A DNA stretch of 64,000 nucleotides, from contig JAFODQ010000041.1 in NCBI GenBank assembly GCA_017380615.1, forward strand, positions 3,600 to 67,599. The letters run 5' to 3'. The position numbers and the translations under genes were made by a program. Below the pieces are notes generated by a model. The model ran no database searches. It saw nothing but the letters and a program-made list of their open reading frames with translations, and was not told where the DNA came from. This stretch comes from Clostridia bacterium (lineage in GTDB: Bacteria > Bacillota > Clostridia > Oscillospirales > Acutalibacteraceae). How positions within the stretch are numbered: position 1 is the first letter of the stretch; every line of letters begins with the position of its first letter. Of the stretch, positions 36,057-46,593 are shown piece after piece.

Positions 36057-37655
36057 TTAGTATTCTCCATTGAGAACTGCTTCAGCACAGCGTATTCCGT
36101 CAACTGCAGCGGAAACGATTCCACCTGCATATCCTGCGCCCTCGCCTGAAGGATAAAGGCCACGCAATCTTGTTGCCTGGAAGAATTCATCTCGGCATAT
36201 CCTGATGGGTGAAGAGCTTCTCGATTCAGGTGCTGTAAGTACAGCGTCATAGAGATTGAAGCCATTAAGCTTTCTGTCAAAATCAGCAATTGCACCTGCG
36301 ATGGTGTCAGTAACCTTTTTGGGTAACACCTGTCGGATATCAGTGGGTGTAACTCCTGTGGGGCAGGAGGGGTTAACTGCACCAAGCTTTGTAGAGGGCT
36401 TTCCTTTAAGAAAGTCACCAAGAAGCTGTGCAGGGGCTGTGTAGTCACCACCACCAATACGGAAAGCCTTTTGCTCAATGTCTCTTTGCAGATACATTCC
36501 TGCAAGAGGATGCTCTGTATCAAAAGGTGGTTCAATTCCCACAAGCAAAGCACAGTTTGCATTTTCCTTGTCGCGAGCATATTCACTCATTCCGTTGACA
36601 ACCATTCCACCTTCTTCCGAGGATGCGGCAACCACCGTGCCACCGGGACACATGCAGAAGGTGTATAACCCTCTTCCGTGTGGTGGGTGACAAGCAAGCT
36701 TGTAGTCAGCAGCAGGGAGCAAAGGGGAATTCCACAGTTTACCGTACTGTGCCTTGTTTATGTGTTCCTGAGGGTGCTCAATTCTTGTGCCTACAGAAAA
36801 AGGCTTCTGAGTGATTTCAAGACCTTTTTTGTAAATGAGCTCAAAGGTATCTCTTGCTGAGTGCCCGATTGCAAGAATAAGTGCATCGGTTTCAATATCC
36901 GTTGTTGTACCGTCAGGGTTTTCGTAGGTAATTCCTTGTACGAAGCCGTTGGCTGTAATAATATCCACAAGCCTTGTGTTGAATTTTACTTCTCCACCAA
37001 GCTCGATAACCTTGTTTCTGATGTTCTTAACAACAGTTTTAAGCTTATCTGTGCCTATGTGTGGTGTGGCAGAATATAATATTTCTGCGGGAGCACCAAA
37101 CTCGGCAAATCTAAGAAAAACCTCTCTGCAGCGAGGGTCTTTGATTCCCGTCGTCAGCTTTCCGTCGGAAAATGTACCTGCGCCACCTTCACCAAATTGA
37201 ACATTGGAGCTTGTGTTAAGCTTTCTTTGTGTCCAGAAGGTTTCAACATCCTTTGTTCTTTCGTCAACGTTGCCACCACGCTCAAGCACAATAGGCTTGA
37301 GACCTGCCTTTGCAAGCGTCAGAGCAGCAAACATACCGGCAGGGCCGAAGCCTACAACCACAGGACGCAGGTCGAAGCTTCTCTTTGCTTCGGGCTGTGT
37401 GTAGGTGTATCGCTGTGTTTTGAAGGCCTTGGAGGGGAGAAAGCCTGCAAGAAGGTTATCTTCGTTGAGGTCTGTTTCAACCTCAACAGAGTAAACAAGA
37501 AAGATGTTGTCTTTTTTTCGTGAATCGATTGAGCGTCTTGCAAGAGAAAAGCTCTTTATATCATCGTTTTTGATTTTCAGAGCCTTGGCTGCAGCTGATT
37601 TTACTTCCTCATCAGTTGCACCTAAAGGCATTTTCAGTTCATTTAATCTTATCAT
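36057..37655 (-). CDS. FAD-dependent oxidoreductase (COG2509-type)
   Basis: Dinucleotide-binding motif VVVGFGPAG; 532 aa. Confidence 0.78.
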   Translation of the reverse strand: MIRLNELKMPLGATDEEVKSAAAKALKIKNDDIKSFSLARRSIDSRKKDNIFLVYSVEVETDLNEDNLLAGFLPSKAFKTQRYTYTQPEAKRSFDLRPVVVGFGPAGMFAALTLAKAGLKPIVLERGGNVDERTKDVETFWTQRKLNTSSNVQFGEGGAGTFSDGKLTTGIKDPRCREVFLRFAEFGAPAEILYSATPHIGTDKLKTVVKNIRNKVIELGGEVKFNTRLVDIITANGFVQGITYENPDGTTTDIETDALILAIGHSARDTFELIYKKGLEITQKPFSVGTRIEHPQEHINKAQYGKLWNSPLLPAADYKLACHPPHGRGLYTFCMCPGGTVVAASSEEGGMVVNGMSEYARDKENANCALLVGIEPPFDTEHPLAGMYLQRDIEQKAFRIGGGDYTAPAQLLGDFLKGKPSTKLGAVNPSCPTGVTPTDIRQVLPKKVTDTIAGAIADFDRKLNGFNLYDAVLTAPESRSSSPIRICRDEFFQATRLRGLYPSGEGAGYAGGIVSAAVDGIRCAEAVLNGEY

Positions 37656-37658
37656 AAA

Positions 37659-38876
37659 TTAATCCTTCAAGTATTCTGCGGCACAGCAGCCGGCGATCCT
37701 GCCTGTGGTCCAGGCAAGGTGCAGATTGTAGCCACCGCAATCTCCGTGTATATCAAGAATTTCTCCGCAGAAAAACAAGCCGTTTTTCAGCTTTGACATC
37801 ATTGTATGACCATCAATTTCGCTTGTGTTAACACCACCACAGGTGATTTGTGCAGATGAAAAATCCTTTGTTCCGTTTATCTTGATTTCAAAATTCTTAA
37901 GAAGTGTGATTAGCTTTGAAATTTCACCTTGTCGGAGGCTTTTGAGTGGTGTTCCCTTAGAGATATGAGCTTGGTTTATTATCATGTAACCCAGTTTTGC
38001 ATTCACAATTCCGCCAAGCAGATTTTCTGTCTGCCAATTGGGATGAAGTCTTATCGTGTCAGTGAAATGAGCTTTAAGCTCAGTCTCGGAAACCTCCTCG
38101 CACAAGTCGAGTCGAAGCATAAGCTCTTTATTGTTTTTGCACAAGTGTGAAAGATTCATTACAGGGATACCTGAAATGGCTTTTTCGGTGAATTGTACCT
38201 CGCCGGATTCTTCGCCCAACAGTTTATCCGAAGTGTAAAGAGATACCTTTGCCTCTGCTCTCACACCCTTGAGTGTGTGAAGAGCTTTGTCATTGGTTAT
38301 GAGTCCGCAAAGAGCAGGGTATAAGGGCGTAAGCTTGTGACCAATTTTTTTGATCAAATCTATGCAGGAGCCGTCAGAGCCTTGCACGGGAGATGCCTTT
38401 CCACCCACAGAAACAATCACACAATCAAAAAACTCGTTGTTCACTTTAAAGCCACTCTGAACTTCGTTGAATGATGTTACGGGAGTGTCAGTTCTTACAT
38501 CAACAGATAACTCGTTTACAGTGTTCTCAAGTGCTTCACGGATTGTTGAGCCTTGCTGTGAGCGTGGGTAAATTCTTCCGTCTTCCTTGTAGGAAAGCAC
38601 GCCAAGCTCACGGAAATAGCTTTCGTTATCGGCGTGAACACTGGTTAAAATTTTTCTCAGAAATGCAGTGTCACCATAGAAATGGCGTGGAGATAAATCC
38701 TCATTTGTGAAATTGCATCTGCCGTTGCCTGTAACAAGGATTTTCTTGCAAAGCTTGGACATGCGCTCAAAAATAACAACATCAATTGATGGGTCGGCTG
38801 TTTTTGCTTCAATTGCGCTTATGGCACCTGCTGCACCACCACCTATGATGGCAAGTCTTTTGCTCAAGTAATTCAC
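37659..38876 (-). CDS. HI0933/BaiN-like NAD(P)/FAD-dependent oxidoreductase
   Basis: IIGGGAAG N-terminus, TGNGRCN motif, and C-terminal GGYNL. Confidence 0.82.
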   Translation of the reverse strand: MNYLSKRLAIIGGGAAGAISAIEAKTADPSIDVVIFERMSKLCKKILVTGNGRCNFTNEDLSPRHFYGDTAFLRKILTSVHADNESYFRELGVLSYKEDGRIYPRSQQGSTIREALENTVNELSVDVRTDTPVTSFNEVQSGFKVNNEFFDCVIVSVGGKASPVQGSDGSCIDLIKKIGHKLTPLYPALCGLITNDKALHTLKGVRAEAKVSLYTSDKLLGEESGEVQFTEKAISGIPVMNLSHLCKNNKELMLRLDLCEEVSETELKAHFTDTIRLHPNWQTENLLGGIVNAKLGYMIINQAHISKGTPLKSLRQGEISKLITLLKNFEIKINGTKDFSSAQITCGGVNTSEIDGHTMMSKLKNGLFFCGEILDIHGDCGGYNLHLAWTTGRIAGCCAAEYLKD

Positions 38877-38968
38877 TCCCTGTATTTTGAAATTAATATA
38901 TTATACATTATAAACCTGAAATATACAATACTAAAATATTACAATGATGTGGATAATAAAAATTTGTG

Positions 38969-38997
38969 TTTACAAAAGATGATTGTTTTGGTATAAT
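38969..38997 (+). promoter_or_regulatory. Promoter for the aminotransferase gene
   Basis: TTTACA, 17 nt, then TGgTATAAT (extended -10). Confidence 0.6.
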
Positions 38998-39030
38998 ATT
39001 TTGAAAATATTTTTTAAGACGGAGTTTTAT

Positions 39031-40296
39031 ATGAAAAAATCTTATCTTGAAATGACACAGTCAGAGCTTCAGCAGGAGCTTGAAGCAGTAAAAAAAGAAT
39101 ATAATTCACTTAAAGAGCAGGGGCTTAATATTGATATGTCAAGAGGTAAGCCGGGCGCTGATCAGCTTGATATTTCCGATGGAATGCTCAAGGCACTGGA
39201 GGGTTCGGATTTCAAGTGTGAAAATGGTCTTGATGTGCGTAACTACGGTATTCTTGACGGTATTCCTGAGGCAAAAAAGCTTTTCGCAGACCTTCTTGAG
39301 GTTGAGCCTGAAAACATAATTGTTGGTGGCAACTCGAGCCTTTCAATGATGTTTGATTATGTTTCACAGTGTATGTACTCTGGTGCAGGCTTTGAGCCAT
39401 GGTCGAAGCAGGGTACCGTTAAGTTCCTTTGTCCTGTTCCCGGCTATGACAGACACTTTGCCATCTGTGAATTTTTCGGTATTGAAATGATTAACATCCC
39501 CATGACAAACGAAGGTCCTGATATGGATGCTATTGAAGAAGCAATCAAGGATACGGCTGTTAAGGGTATGTTCTGCGTGCCCAAGTATTCCAATCCTCAG
39601 GGTATTACATTCTCAGCCGAAACCGTTAAGCGTATTGCAAATCTCAATGTAAGCGAGGATTTCAGAATTATCTGGGATAATGCATATTGTGTTCACGACC
39701 TTACAGATACAACGGATGAGCTTCTCAACATCTTCAGTGTTCTTCCCGAAAGAAATAAGAATATGGTAATTGAGGTTGCTTCAACCTCGAAAATTTCATA
39801 TCCCGGTGCAGGAGTGGCTTGTCTTGCTTCTTCTGTTGAGAATATCAAAGCAATTCTCAAAAGGCTCACAATTCAGTCTATCAGCTATGACAAGGTTAAT
39901 ATGCTTCGTCATGTTAAATTCTTCAAAAATCTTGATGGTATAAAGGCTCACATGCAGCTTCATGCAAAAATTCTCAAACCAAAGTTTGATGCAGTTATTG
40001 AAACTCTTAATTCAGACCTTGCAGGTCTCGGCATTGCAGAGTGGAATGAACCAAACGGTGGTTATTTCATCAGTCTTGATGTAACAGGGGGAAGTGCAAC
40101 AAGAGTAGGCGTGCTCTGCAAAGACGCAGGTGTGACTCTCACAAATGTTGGAGCAACCTTCCCTTATGGCAAGGACCCATCCGACAGCAATATCCGTATC
40201 GCTCCCACATTCCCCACACCTGCAGTTCTTTCACAGGCGGTTAAGGTTCTCACCACAGCAGTGAGACTTGCTTGCCTTGAAAATCTTGTTAAGTAA
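39031..40296 (+). CDS. Class I/II PLP-dependent aminotransferase
   Basis: About 421 aa with an SKxxxPGxG lysine region (STSKISYPGAG). Confidence 0.78.
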   Translation: MKKSYLEMTQSELQQELEAVKKEYNSLKEQGLNIDMSRGKPGADQLDISDGMLKALEGSDFKCENGLDVRNYGILDGIPEAKKLFADLLEVEPENIIVGGNSSLSMMFDYVSQCMYSGAGFEPWSKQGTVKFLCPVPGYDRHFAICEFFGIEMINIPMTNEGPDMDAIEEAIKDTAVKGMFCVPKYSNPQGITFSAETVKRIANLNVSEDFRIIWDNAYCVHDLTDTTDELLNIFSVLPERNKNMVIEVASTSKISYPGAGVACLASSVENIKAILKRLTIQSISYDKVNMLRHVKFFKNLDGIKAHMQLHAKILKPKFDAVIETLNSDLAGLGIAEWNEPNGGYFISLDVTGGSATRVGVLCKDAGVTLTNVGATFPYGKDPSDSNIRIAPTFPTPAVLSQAVKVLTTAVRLACLENLVK

Positions 40297-40308
40297 GGTG
40301 GATTTTCT

Positions 40309-40782
40309 ATGTTCAGAATAGGTCACGGTTACGATGTTCACGCCTTTGCTGATAACAGAAAGTGTATCATAGGTGGCGTGGATATTCCTTGTGAAAAAGG
40401 ACTTCTTGGTCATTCGGATGCCGATGTGCTTCTTCATGCAATTTCTGATAGTCTTCTGGGGGCTGCTGCTCTTGGGGATATCGGCAGGCATTTTCCGGAT
40501 ACAGACAGTGCATATAAAGGTGCCGACAGCCTTGTGCTTCTTGGCAGAGTTGTGTCACTCATCGGTGAAAAAGGTTATAAAGTAAATAATATTGATGCCA
40601 CAATCATTGCGCAGACACCTAAAATGGCACCTCATATAGAAAAAATGAGAGAGAATGTTGCCGGTGTTCTCGGCGTTTCGGTTGATTGTGTCAATATTAA
40701 GGCAACCACCGAGGAGAAGCTTGGCTTCACGGGCAGAAAAGAAGGAATATCAGCTCATTGTGTGTGTCTTATTGAAAAGTAA
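40309..40782 (+). CDS. ispF: 2-C-methyl-D-erythritol 2,4-cyclodiphosphate synthase
   Basis: RIGHGYDVH and GHSDADV motifs. Confidence 0.95.
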   Translation: MFRIGHGYDVHAFADNRKCIIGGVDIPCEKGLLGHSDADVLLHAISDSLLGAAALGDIGRHFPDTDSAYKGADSLVLLGRVVSLIGEKGYKVNNIDATIIAQTPKMAPHIEKMRENVAGVLGVSVDCVNIKATTEEKLGFTGRKEGISAHCVCLIEK

Positions 40783-40867
40783 ATAACCTGAAAAGTAAAC
40801 AAACAAAAACCCTTGCATATTATGTAAAAGGCGATGTGCCTCAACACAATATGGAAGGGTCTTTTTT

Positions 40868-41098
40868 ATGAGCAAAAAAGGTATAAAGGTGGGCTCCGTA
40901 ACCCTTGCAATGAAAGGGCGGGAGCTGCTTCAGAAAAATGGTTATAAAGCTTATCTGACCCGTAATCCTCATCCTGAAAGTGACGAGGGCTGCGGGTATG
41001 TTATTTATGTGAATAATATGGATGAAAGATGCTATGAAATTCTCAAAAGAAATAATATCAAGGTCAGAGGTACCGTGGATTTGGGGGATTTTCTGTGA
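40868..41098 (+). CDS. DUF3343-like small protein (putative S/Se carrier-like)
   Basis: 76 aa with a central GCGY motif. Its stop overlaps the start of the downstream class V PLP enzyme. Confidence 0.6.
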   Translation: MSKKGIKVGSVTLAMKGRELLQKNGYKAYLTRNPHPESDEGCGYVIYVNNMDERCYEILKRNNIKVRGTVDLGDFL

Positions 41099-42231
41099 TT
41101 TATTTTGATAATGCAGCAACAAGTGGTGTGAAACCTTCGCAGGTGATTTCGGCAATAAGCAATGCTCTGGAGAAATATTCTGCCAACCCGGGGCGAAGTG
41201 GACACGCCTTGTCCTTTGAGGCTTCACATCAGGTTTATTCGGCAAGAGAAAAGCTTGACAGCTTTTTCAATGGCTATGGTAGTGAATTTGTCAGCTTCAC
41301 CTCCAATTGCACAGAGGCGTTGAATATTGCCATAAAAGGTGTTCTCAAAGGTGGAGATCATGTTGTGATTTCCTGCCTTGAGCATAACTCTGTTGTCAGA
41401 CCGATATATAAGCTCCAAAAGGAAATCGGGGTTGAATATTCCATTTTTGATGTTTATGAAGATGAAATGAAAACATTGAGAAGCTTTGAGTCCTCATTCA
41501 GAAAAAACACAAAGCTTTGCGTGGTAACTGCGGTTTCCAATGTGTTTGGAACTATCCTGCCTTTGGCATCATTGTCGGCAATTGCACACAGCAGGGGGGC
41601 TTTGTTTTTTGTGGATGGTGCCCAGGCAGCCGGAGTGATTCCTGTTGATATGAAAAATCAAGGGATTGATTGCCTTTGCGTTCCGGGGCACAAGGGGCTT
41701 CTCGGGCCTATGGGTATAGGTGCGATAATCCACAATAATCTTGATTTTACAACGATTATAGAGGGTGGTACGGGAACAGCCTCGTTTGATTATTCACAGC
41801 CGTCGGGGTATCCCGAAAGGCTTGAAAGTGGTACTCTGAATGTGCCCGGAATATGTGGTCTTTCCGCCGGAATTGATTGGGTAAATGACTACACTTGTCA
41901 TAGAATTTTCAATAAAGAAACAGCTCTTGCAAAGTCTGTATCAGATGGTCTTTCGTTAATGAAAAATGTTATTCTCTACGGTGATTTACCTCACGGAAAG
42001 CACCATGCCCCCGTTATAAGCTTCAATGTTAAAGGTCTTCATAGTGAGCAGGTTTCATTGAAGCTTAACGATGGTGGTGTAGCTGTCAGAGGAGGGTATC
42101 ACTGTGCAGGTCTTTCTCACAGATTTATGGGTACCGAGGCCACGGGAACCGTAAGGGTATCGCCTTCAGTTTTTAATTCGGAAAAAGATGTAAATATTCT
42201 ATTAAATTTAGTTGAAAACATTGCATTTTAA
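41095..42231 (+). CDS. Class V PLP-dependent cysteine desulfurase family protein (SufS-like)
   Basis: PGHKGLLGP lysine motif and RGGYHCAG active-site cysteine region. Confidence 0.8.
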   Translation: MIYFDNAATSGVKPSQVISAISNALEKYSANPGRSGHALSFEASHQVYSAREKLDSFFNGYGSEFVSFTSNCTEALNIAIKGVLKGGDHVVISCLEHNSVVRPIYKLQKEIGVEYSIFDVYEDEMKTLRSFESSFRKNTKLCVVTAVSNVFGTILPLASLSAIAHSRGALFFVDGAQAAGVIPVDMKNQGIDCLCVPGHKGLLGPMGIGAIIHNNLDFTTIIEGGTGTASFDYSQPSGYPERLESGTLNVPGICGLSAGIDWVNDYTCHRIFNKETALAKSVSDGLSLMKNVILYGDLPHGKHHAPVISFNVKGLHSEQVSLKLNDGGVAVRGGYHCAGLSHRFMGTEATGTVRVSPSVFNSEKDVNILLNLVENIAF

Positions 42232-42310
42232 ATATATATATATTATAATATAAAAATAAATTGGAATAGAATAAACATTTCTGGCAAAAATTTGCAAAGG
42301 AGAAACAGTT

Positions 42311-43228
42311 TTGGAAGTTATAACAAGCTTTTTCGGTAATATTTCAAATCTTCTGGATAGAGTTCTGGGCGCATTATCCAGCTTCAATTTTATATCAGAT
42401 CTTCTTGATATTCTTGTGGTAACCATCATTGTCTTTGAATTGATCAAGCTCGTAAGAGGATCACGTACATTTCAGCTTATCAAGGGTATAGCTCTTCTGG
42501 GACTTTTGTTCTTGATTGTTAAGGCTGTCAATATGGAAACGACAGAGTATCTTTTCACAAGTCTTTTTCAGGACGGTCTCTTGATTATAGTTGTTCTCTT
42601 TGCTCCGGAGCTTCGTAAGATTCTTGAACGCTTCGGCAGACAGTCAATTAAAGATTTTGGGATTTTCAATTTTAGAAACAGTGTGGATTACGAGAAAACC
42701 GTTACTGAAACAATCAACAGCTTCTGTAAGGCTGTTGCCGATATGAGCGAAACCAAAACCGGCGCACTCGTTGTTTTTGAAAAGGAAGCTCCGTTGCAGG
42801 ATATTTCAAACACCGGCACAATCGTTGATGCTAAGGCTTCTGCCGAGCTTTTTAACGGAATCTTTTTCAAGAATTCGGCGCTTCATGATGGTGCAGTTGT
42901 TGTGAAGGAAGGCAGAATTCATTCTGCAGGCTGTATTCTTCCTCTTACACAGAACACAGCTCTTGCTTCCGAGCTTGGCACTCGTCACAGAGCGGCAATC
43001 GGAATGAGTGAACAGAGCGATGCTGTGGTGGTTGTTGTCTCTGAAGAAACAGGGCTTATTTCCTATGCAAAAAACGGAGCTCTTGTAAGAGATGTCACAA
43101 GCGCACAGCTTCGCGAGCTTCTTCTTGACGAATATATATCTCAGGAGGATGATGCGGACCAAAAGAAAAGCAAGAAAGGCTTGGGCAAAATTTTCAGCAA
43201 AAAGGGAGGAAAAAAGGATGAAAAATAA
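42311..43228 (+). CDS. cdaA: Diadenylate cyclase CdaA
   Basis: Three N-terminal TM segments and a DAC domain with the DGA and GTRHRAA motifs. TTG start follows AAGGAGA. Confidence 0.9.
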   Translation: MEVITSFFGNISNLLDRVLGALSSFNFISDLLDILVVTIIVFELIKLVRGSRTFQLIKGIALLGLLFLIVKAVNMETTEYLFTSLFQDGLLIIVVLFAPELRKILERFGRQSIKDFGIFNFRNSVDYEKTVTETINSFCKAVADMSETKTGALVVFEKEAPLQDISNTGTIVDAKASAELFNGIFFKNSALHDGAVVVKEGRIHSAGCILPLTQNTALASELGTRHRAAIGMSEQSDAVVVVVSEETGLISYAKNGALVRDVTSAQLRELLLDEYISQEDDADQKKSKKGLGKIFSKKGGKKDEK

Positions 43229-44471
43229 AAAATCACTTGATTCCCTTCTTCAGAATGACAAAATAGCCTTCTTGTGTGCCTTCGTTGTTGCTGTGATATT
43301 GTGGCTTTTTGTTGTGCTAACTGTAAGTCCGCAAACAACAAGAGTTATCCACGATGTAAAGGTAACCATAGATGAAACAGTACCATCTCAGTTCGGGCTT
43401 CAGGTTTTCGGTGAAGATGAATTTACCGTGGATGTTACTGTTAAGGGCAAAAAATATCAGATATCAGATGTTCGCCTTAAAGCAGAGGATATTCTTGTGG
43501 TGGCACAGACCACCCCTGTTGATTCAGCAGGTAAATATACTCTTCAGCTCAAAGCAGAGTATGGCTCTGAAAACACAGCTTACACAATTTCAAAGCTTTC
43601 GCAAAAAACAGTTGATGTTTATTTTGATACTGAAAAAACAGTGAGCTTTGTTATTGAGCCTGAAATTGTGGCAGATGGCTTTGAAATAGCAGGCGAGGGA
43701 TATTCATGTGGAGATATCAATCTCTCCGAAACATCTGTAACAATTACCGGTCCATCCACCGAGGTTAACAGGATAGAGAAGGTTATTGCCAGAGTTGAGC
43801 TTGAGGATTCTCTTGTTTCAAACAAAACAGCAGAAACAAAGGTTGTTCCTTGTGATGATGCCGGCAAGAGTGATTTCAAGTATCTTGCTATGGGTATTGA
43901 GAATGTTATTGTGACAATCCCGATCCTTAAGGTTAAAACTCTTGATACGGCTGTCACCTTCAAGAATGCACCGGATAGCCTTGTTCTTAGTCCTCTCAGA
44001 TATTCAATATCACCTAATAAAGCAGATTTCAACATTATTGTTGATGATTATGATAAAACGACAGAGTATGTTGTCGGTTCAATTAATTTCAAGGAGCTTT
44101 CTCCGACAAGTAATACCTTCACGTTTGATTCAGTAAACACAAATGTTGTTGATGAAAATATTAAGTCCTTTACTGTCAGTGTCAATATGGATGGATATAC
44201 TCAGGAGTATATGCGCATTCCGTTGAGCAAAATTAAAATCAATAATCCTGACGGATTGGATTATAAGGTTTCCGAGCTTAACAAATCAATTGTTATTGTG
44301 GGAACAGATGAAGACCTTAAGGGCATCACGGAAGACATGATAACTGTTGAAGTTGATTTTTCAGCACTCACCCTCGAGGCTGGTGAGGTGAAGACGATTC
44401 CGGTTGTTGTCAGTGTGGATAGTCCATCCTGCTGGATTTACGGAGCGTATACCGTGAATGTGAGCAATTAA
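43218..44471 (+). CDS. cdaR: CdaR (YbbR-domain) regulator of CdaA
   Basis: N-terminal TM segment and repeated YbbR-like beta domains. The ATG at 43218 overlaps the cdaA 3' end. Confidence 0.8.
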   Translation: MKNKKSLDSLLQNDKIAFLCAFVVAVILWLFVVLTVSPQTTRVIHDVKVTIDETVPSQFGLQVFGEDEFTVDVTVKGKKYQISDVRLKAEDILVVAQTTPVDSAGKYTLQLKAEYGSENTAYTISKLSQKTVDVYFDTEKTVSFVIEPEIVADGFEIAGEGYSCGDINLSETSVTITGPSTEVNRIEKVIARVELEDSLVSNKTAETKVVPCDDAGKSDFKYLAMGIENVIVTIPILKVKTLDTAVTFKNAPDSLVLSPLRYSISPNKADFNIIVDDYDKTTEYVVGSINFKELSPTSNTFTFDSVNTNVVDENIKSFTVSVNMDGYTQEYMRIPLSKIKINNPDGLDYKVSELNKSIVIVGTDEDLKGITEDMITVEVDFSALTLEAGEVKTIPVVVSVDSPSCWIYGAYTVNVSN

Positions 44472-44492
44472 AATTAAGGAGGGCAACAGGTA

Positions 44493-45839
44493 ATGAAAAA
44501 GTTAATAGCGATACTTTTAGCACTAATGCTTGTTCTGAGCTGTACAGGTTGCTCTCTCGATTTCTTTTCAGTAGAGAGTCTTATAACCCCACCGGCACAG
44601 TCGGGCAGAAATGGTCAGGTGCAGAAGGCGTTTAACTCTCTTATGAAGGATACGAAGTTTCAGCTTAAAGCTCCTGTTTCAGGCGAGTATCAGACATCCT
44701 TCGTTTTGCTTGATGTCAATGGGGATGAAACAGAAGAGGCTTTTGTTTTCTATTCAGACTCTTCATCTGCAGAGGGCGCTGTAAGAATGGCTTTTATGGA
44801 GTGCTTGTATGATGAGTGGTCAATTTCCTCGGATATCAAGGGCGCAGGAAACGGCGTTTACGATGTTAACTTTGTGGATTTGAATAAAGATGGATTTCTC
44901 GAGGTTTTTGTCAGCTGGTCTCTTCTTGACAGTAAAACCACAAGCATTGTAAGTGCCTTTGAGGTTGTTTTAGGTAAAAACGGAGACCTGATTCTCAATT
45001 CCTTGGGCAATGAGTATTGCAACGCCAAAACCTTTATCGATTTCAATAATGACAGCAAGGAGGAGCTCATACTTGTTTATCTTGATGATACGGCAGCAAT
45101 CCAGAAATCATATCTGAGAATGTTTTCTCTTTCGGAAAATCATCAGCTAATCAAGTTCGGTGAAACTCTTCTTGATGGTTCGGTTGCTTCTGTGCACTCA
45201 ATCAAAAAGGATATCGTTGCAATAAACAACGAGCCGGTTGTAAGACTTTTTGTTGATTGTCTTAAAAACGACAGAACGATTTTTACAGAGATGATATGGT
45301 GGGATTCTCACCTTTCGGTTCCGACAAGAGCCTTTACACAGCCTTCATCAACCAACCTGAGAAACAGCCTTGCTCAGTGTGTTGATATTGATAACGATGG
45401 TCTGTTTGAGGTTGCGTCGCTCATAACACTTCACGGCGATGAAAGTACGTTTAATGTAAAAAAAGAAGCTGAAATATATACCTTTACGCTCCTTCGTTGG
45501 AATAATGTCAAGGGTGACAAAAGCAGTGAGGTTATAACAACACTGCTGAATCCTCTTGATAGCTATCTTTTCCGCTTCGGTTGGGGCGATAGGGTTACCG
45601 TCAAATATGACTCCTTGCGAGAGGCATTGATATTCTGCAGATGGGATAAGAACACATCACAGATAGGAGCCGAATTGTTTTCTGTGTCCCGCAGAGACAA
45701 GCTTGCAGAAAATGAAATTCTCGGCGAATTTCTTGCTGAGACAGAAAACGGGGTTTATTACTATCAGATTACCGAGGAAGGCTACAGCTTTGGAATAACA
45801 GACGAGACAGTAACCACCTCATTTATAAAAATCGATTAA
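44493..45839 (+). CDS. Hypothetical lipoprotein with FG-GAP/VCBS-like Dx[DN]xDG repeats
   Basis: Lipobox LSCTGC and repeats LDVNGDETEE, VDLNKDGFLE, IDFNNDSKEE and VDIDNDGLFE. Confidence 0.5.
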   Translation: MKKLIAILLALMLVLSCTGCSLDFFSVESLITPPAQSGRNGQVQKAFNSLMKDTKFQLKAPVSGEYQTSFVLLDVNGDETEEAFVFYSDSSSAEGAVRMAFMECLYDEWSISSDIKGAGNGVYDVNFVDLNKDGFLEVFVSWSLLDSKTTSIVSAFEVVLGKNGDLILNSLGNEYCNAKTFIDFNNDSKEELILVYLDDTAAIQKSYLRMFSLSENHQLIKFGETLLDGSVASVHSIKKDIVAINNEPVVRLFVDCLKNDRTIFTEMIWWDSHLSVPTRAFTQPSSTNLRNSLAQCVDIDNDGLFEVASLITLHGDESTFNVKKEAEIYTFTLLRWNNVKGDKSSEVITTLLNPLDSYLFRFGWGDRVTVKYDSLREALIFCRWDKNTSQIGAELFSVSRRDKLAENEILGEFLAETENGVYYYQITEEGYSFGITDETVTTSFIKID

Positions 45840-45853
45840 GGCAGGATGTATTT

Positions 45854-46555
45854 ATGAAAAGAGTACTTATTGCAGAAGACGAATCAGCAATCAGAGAAAT
45901 TATAGCCATCACTCTCAAAAGAGCAGGCTATGAGGTAACTGAGGCTTGCGATGGCCAGGAGGCTATTGATATTTACAACTCAAGAAACGGTAGCTTCGAT
46001 GTGGTGCTTCTTGACATTATGATGCCACATGTTGATGGTCTTGAGGTTTGTAAGATACTTAGAAATCAGAGCAGCACAGTGGGTATCATTATGCTTACGG
46101 CAAAAACTCAGGAGATGGACAAGGTTTCGGGTCTCCTCATGGGCGCAGATGATTACATAACAAAGCCCTTCTCACCATCTGAGCTTATGGCAAGAGTGGA
46201 CAGTGTTTATCGCCGTGTTGCCATGAACACTCAGCCCGTGGCACAGCCTGTGAAGGCAGATAAAATCACAATTGAGCCTTTCGAGCTCAATTTGAGAAAC
46301 AGAACTCTTTATAAGAATAATGTTCTCATTGAACTCACTCAGGTTGAATTCCAGATTATTGAATTCTTCTTCAATAACCCCGGTAAGGCATTAAGTCGAA
46401 CAGATATTCTTAAGGAGGTATGGGGCGAGTCCTATTTCGGTGAGGATAAGGTTGTTGATGTTAACATCAGAAGACTTCGCATGAAGGTTGAGGATGAGCC
46501 TTCAATACCAAAGCATCTTGTAACTGTCTGGGGTATGGGATACAAGTGGCTTTGA
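45854..46555 (+). CDS. OmpR-family response regulator
   Basis: Receiver domain (DVVLLDIMMP) plus a winged-helix C-terminus (VWGMGYKW). Confidence 0.9.
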   Translation: MKRVLIAEDESAIREIIAITLKRAGYEVTEACDGQEAIDIYNSRNGSFDVVLLDIMMPHVDGLEVCKILRNQSSTVGIIMLTAKTQEMDKVSGLLMGADDYITKPFSPSELMARVDSVYRRVAMNTQPVAQPVKADKITIEPFELNLRNRTLYKNNVLIELTQVEFQIIEFFFNNPGKALSRTDILKEVWGESYFGEDKVVDVNIRRLRMKVEDEPSIPKHLVTVWGMGYKWL

Positions 46556-46593
46556 TTTATCCATAATTTTTTTGAAAGGTGAGGTGATAAGCA

